Assembly (NCBI GenBank): GCA_965238135.1
Contig: OZ250177.1
Location: 3,045,593 to 3,109,592 of the forward strand
Direction of reading: 5' to 3'
DNA: 64,000 bases
DNA from: Candidatus Multivorans sp.
Lineage (GTDB): Bacteria; Acidobacteriota; Thermoanaerobaculia; Multivoradales; Multivoraceae
Part shown: positions 61,747-64,000 of the stretch, piece by piece
How positions within the stretch are numbered: position 1 is the stretch's first letter
Layout: every line of letters starts with the position of its first letter
The notes under the pieces: generated by a model
What the model was told of the DNA's origin: nothing
The model's input: only the letters and a program-made list of their open reading frames with translations
The model's database searches: none
Position numbers and translations under genes: made by a program

Positions 61747-62207
61747 CAGGAACTGCTCCTCAGCGAAATCAGGGGTTCGGCGGACGGGGTGGCCGTTCCG
61801 GCCATGAAGTTCGGCCGCGCCATGTCTGCGATCGTGATGTCCTCGAGCGCGCCCCGCACCGCCTGGTTGATGCGCTGCCAGTTCTCCCTCACGCGGCAGA
61901 ACGCCTCGTAGGAGCACTCGTGCTCGGAGTGCTCGCTGCACTCGGTCAGTGCGATCGGCCCTTCGAGCGCGAGGATCACGTCGGCGATGCTGATCTCGGC
62001 CGCCGAGCACGGCAGCTCGTAGCCTCCCCGCACGCCGCGGTGGGAGGTCAGCAGCCCGGACCTCGCCAGCAACTTCAGGATCTTGCTCACCATGGGCGCC
62101 GGTAGGTGCGTCTGCACCGCCAGTTCGGCGGCAGGGGCCTGACCGGTCTGCGCGAGCTGGGTCATCAGGACGATGCCGTAGTCGGCTTGCTTGGTCAGTC
62201 GGATCAT
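61746..62207 (-). CDS. Rrf2-family SUF system regulator
   Basis: [34 protein letters not shown]; stop overlaps sufB ATG. Confidence 0.92.
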
Positions 62208-62294
62208 GACGGTGTGTCGTCTACGCTGCGTTCGGGATGTGGCGCGAGGGGGGCTCCGATGCCGCTGTTCAAGCCCCGGCGCCGAGCGCCACGG

Positions 62295-62350
62295 AACCGG
62301 GACCCACTTAGTCCCGATTCGGAGACTAGCACGGGAAGGTCGCGTGTCAA
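62295..62350 (-). promoter_or_regulatory. suf operon promoter with palindromic Rrf2-type operator
   Basis: Minus-strand TTGACA (62345-50), 16-nt spacer, extended TGcTAGTCT (-10 at 62323-28); operator AACCGGGAC-7 nt-GTCCCGATT at 62295-62319. Confidence 0.7.
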
Positions 62351-62412
62351 TGGAGTCGGGACACCATCCTCCTGTCGGTTGCCGGCGGCAATGTGCTACC
62401 GTGTGCGTCATC

Positions 62413-62706
62413 ATGACTGAGCCGAGCGCAAGTACGTCCAGAGTCGGCATTCGCGCACTGCGGCAGAACCTGAGCGTCTACCTGCGCAGGATCCACCACG
62501 GCGAACGCTTCGAGGTCACGGATCGGGGCCGGCCGGTGGCTCTCCTCGTGCCTCTCCCCGACAAGCTGTCCCCACTGGAGCGCCTGATCGCCGAGGGACG
62601 GGCGACCAGGCCGGTGGGAAACCTGCTCGATCTGCCACCGCCAATGGGCGAAGTGTCGACCAAGGCGAGCGATGCACTGCTCGCCGACCGCGAAGACCGG
62701 CTCTGA
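62413..62706 (+). CDS. vapB: Phd/YefM-family antitoxin
   Basis: VGIRALRQNLSVYLRRI..GERFEVTDRGRPVALLVP. Confidence 0.88.
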   Translation: MTEPSASTSRVGIRALRQNLSVYLRRIHHGERFEVTDRGRPVALLVPLPDKLSPLERLIAEGRATRPVGNLLDLPPPMGEVSTKASDALLADREDRL

Positions 62707-62712
62707 GCGGGT

Positions 62713-63108
62713 GTGCTCTACCTGGACTCCTCCGCGATCGTCAAGCTCGTCCTTCCGGAGCCGGAGTCGCTCGGCCTTCGCGACTTCCTGGCCGGTGACG
62801 ACGACCACGTATCGAGCGCTCTCGCGCGCGTAGAAGTGCTGCGCACGGTTCGGCGAGTCGACAGCGCAGAGAACAGGCTCCGAGATGCGGAGCGGATACT
62901 CGCGCGGGTCTCCCTCGTGGACCTGAACGAACCGCTCCTCGCCCAGGCGTCGTCGCTCAAGCCAGCGGGTCTACGCAGCCTGGATGCCATCCACCTTGCC
63001 ACCGCCCTCTCACTGGACGGGCTGGAAGCCTTCGTGGCTTACGACCGGCGTCTCCTCGCCGCAGCCAACAACGCCGGTCTCCCTACAGCGTCGCCCGGAC
63101 AGGCCTAG
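62713..63108 (+). CDS. vapC: PIN-domain toxin
   Basis: YLDSSAIVKL, SALARVEV, LRSLDAIHLATA, YDRRL. Confidence 0.9.
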   Translation: MLYLDSSAIVKLVLPEPESLGLRDFLAGDDDHVSSALARVEVLRTVRRVDSAENRLRDAERILARVSLVDLNEPLLAQASSLKPAGLRSLDAIHLATALSLDGLEAFVAYDRRLLAAANNAGLPTASPGQA

Positions 63109-63150
63109 CCGACAGGCGCGCCGCGGCAATGCGCTACCGTGTGCGTCATC

Positions 63151-63924
63151 GTGGCGGACCCGGCGGCAGGCTATGTCTACCTGGATGTCTTTGGCGCGAT
63201 CGTCCTCCTCTGGTGCGCACTGGCCTTACCGGCGCTCGTCATCGGCCTGGCGGGAAAGGATCCGACCGGACGGTTCGGCGGCAGGGGCTGGGGACCGACT
63301 CTCGACGCGCGCTCGGGTTGGCTCCTCATGGAGCTGTCGGCAAGTGTGTTCCCGATCGTCTATCTCGCGGCCGGCGAGCGTCATGCGGTTGGCGACGTCC
63401 TCGTCGCAGCATGGCTTGCCCACTACATTCACCGCACCCTCGTGTGGCCGTGGATAGTCCAGCGCCAGGCGCGTCCGTTCCCTGCCGTTACGGCCGCTTC
63501 CGGCTTCTGCTTCAACGTGATCAACGGCCTGTTCCTGGGCTGGTTCGCGGCTCGGATCGCCGACTACCCGCGAGACTGGTTCTCCGACTGGCGCTTCATG
63601 GGCGGCGCCGCGCTCTTCCTTCTCGGCGCGGCGCTCAACGTCTCTTCCGACTACCGCCTGTCGGCGCTCCGAGCCAGGGCCTCCGGCGGCGCCATCCTGC
63701 CGCGGGGCGGCGCCTTCGAACTCGTCTCCTGCCCCAACCTGGCCGGCGAGATGATCGAATGGATCGGCTTCGCCCTGATGAGCTGGTGCCTGCCGGGACT
63801 CGCGTTCGCGCTGTGGACAGCAGCCAATCTCATCCCGCGCGCGATGTGGCGACACCGGTGGTACCGGACGAGGTTCCCCGGCTACCCAGGGAACCGGCGC
63901 GCCGTCATCCCCTGGGTACTGTGA
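63151..63924 (+). CDS. 3-oxo-5-alpha-steroid 4-dehydrogenase family membrane protein
   Basis: GWLLMEL, HYIHRTLVWP, SDYRLSALR, PRGGAFELVSCPN..GEMIEWIGF, NLIPRA..H.WY...F..YP..RRA.IP. Confidence 0.85.
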   Translation: MADPAAGYVYLDVFGAIVLLWCALALPALVIGLAGKDPTGRFGGRGWGPTLDARSGWLLMELSASVFPIVYLAAGERHAVGDVLVAAWLAHYIHRTLVWPWIVQRQARPFPAVTAASGFCFNVINGLFLGWFAARIADYPRDWFSDWRFMGGAALFLLGAALNVSSDYRLSALRARASGGAILPRGGAFELVSCPNLAGEMIEWIGFALMSWCLPGLAFALWTAANLIPRAMWRHRWYRTRFPGYPGNRRAVIPWVL

Positions 63925-64000
63925 AGCGGGAGCCGCGTCCCACCGTCTACGATCTGCTCAGGGCACAAGCGTCCGGGCGACCCTGAAGCCCACGTTCACG

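Larger units (their letters stand above)
62385..63153. repeat. 31-bp direct repeats (62385-62415, 63123-63153) bracketing vapBC
   Basis: GCGGCAATGYGCTACCGTGTGCGTCATCRTG, 29/31 identical. Confidence 0.85.

Overview
High-GC bacterial chromosome segment. Gene content suggests an Acidobacteriota-type diderm, possibly Thermoanaerobaculia-like or host-associated (inference only). Most of it is housekeeping: msbA-FAAL-ACP-DUF374 lipid operon, ligA, an NtrC-type regulator, pdxJ, tilS-ftsH-cdaA-cdaR-glmM, rpmG, sod, an S41 protease, tatA/C, kdsB-pyrG-kdsA-kdsD-kdsC, purH-lolA, ychF-aat, a surface/envelope cluster, purA, a sulfatase, a PQQ dehydrogenase, tkt, a complete Rrf2-sufBCDSUT operon, a vapBC pair and a steroid 5-alpha-reductase-like gene, plus five tRNAs (Met-CAU, Asp, Val, Phe, Lys). 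The standout is an ~856-nt non-coding unit at 31855-32710, just downstream of tRNA-Phe. It has its own sigma70 promoter, base-paired 5'/3' ends, a terminal U-tract, many nested helices and repeated GCAA tetraloop modules. It reads as a large ornate ncRNA and lacks the hallmarks of RNase P, tmRNA or group II introns. Other oddities: tilS appears to be read through a tRNA-CAU gene; leaderless gene starts are widespread; the vapBC pair is bracketed by a duplicated promoter/start; two genes are frameshifted; and the LolA signal peptide carries a VNTR.
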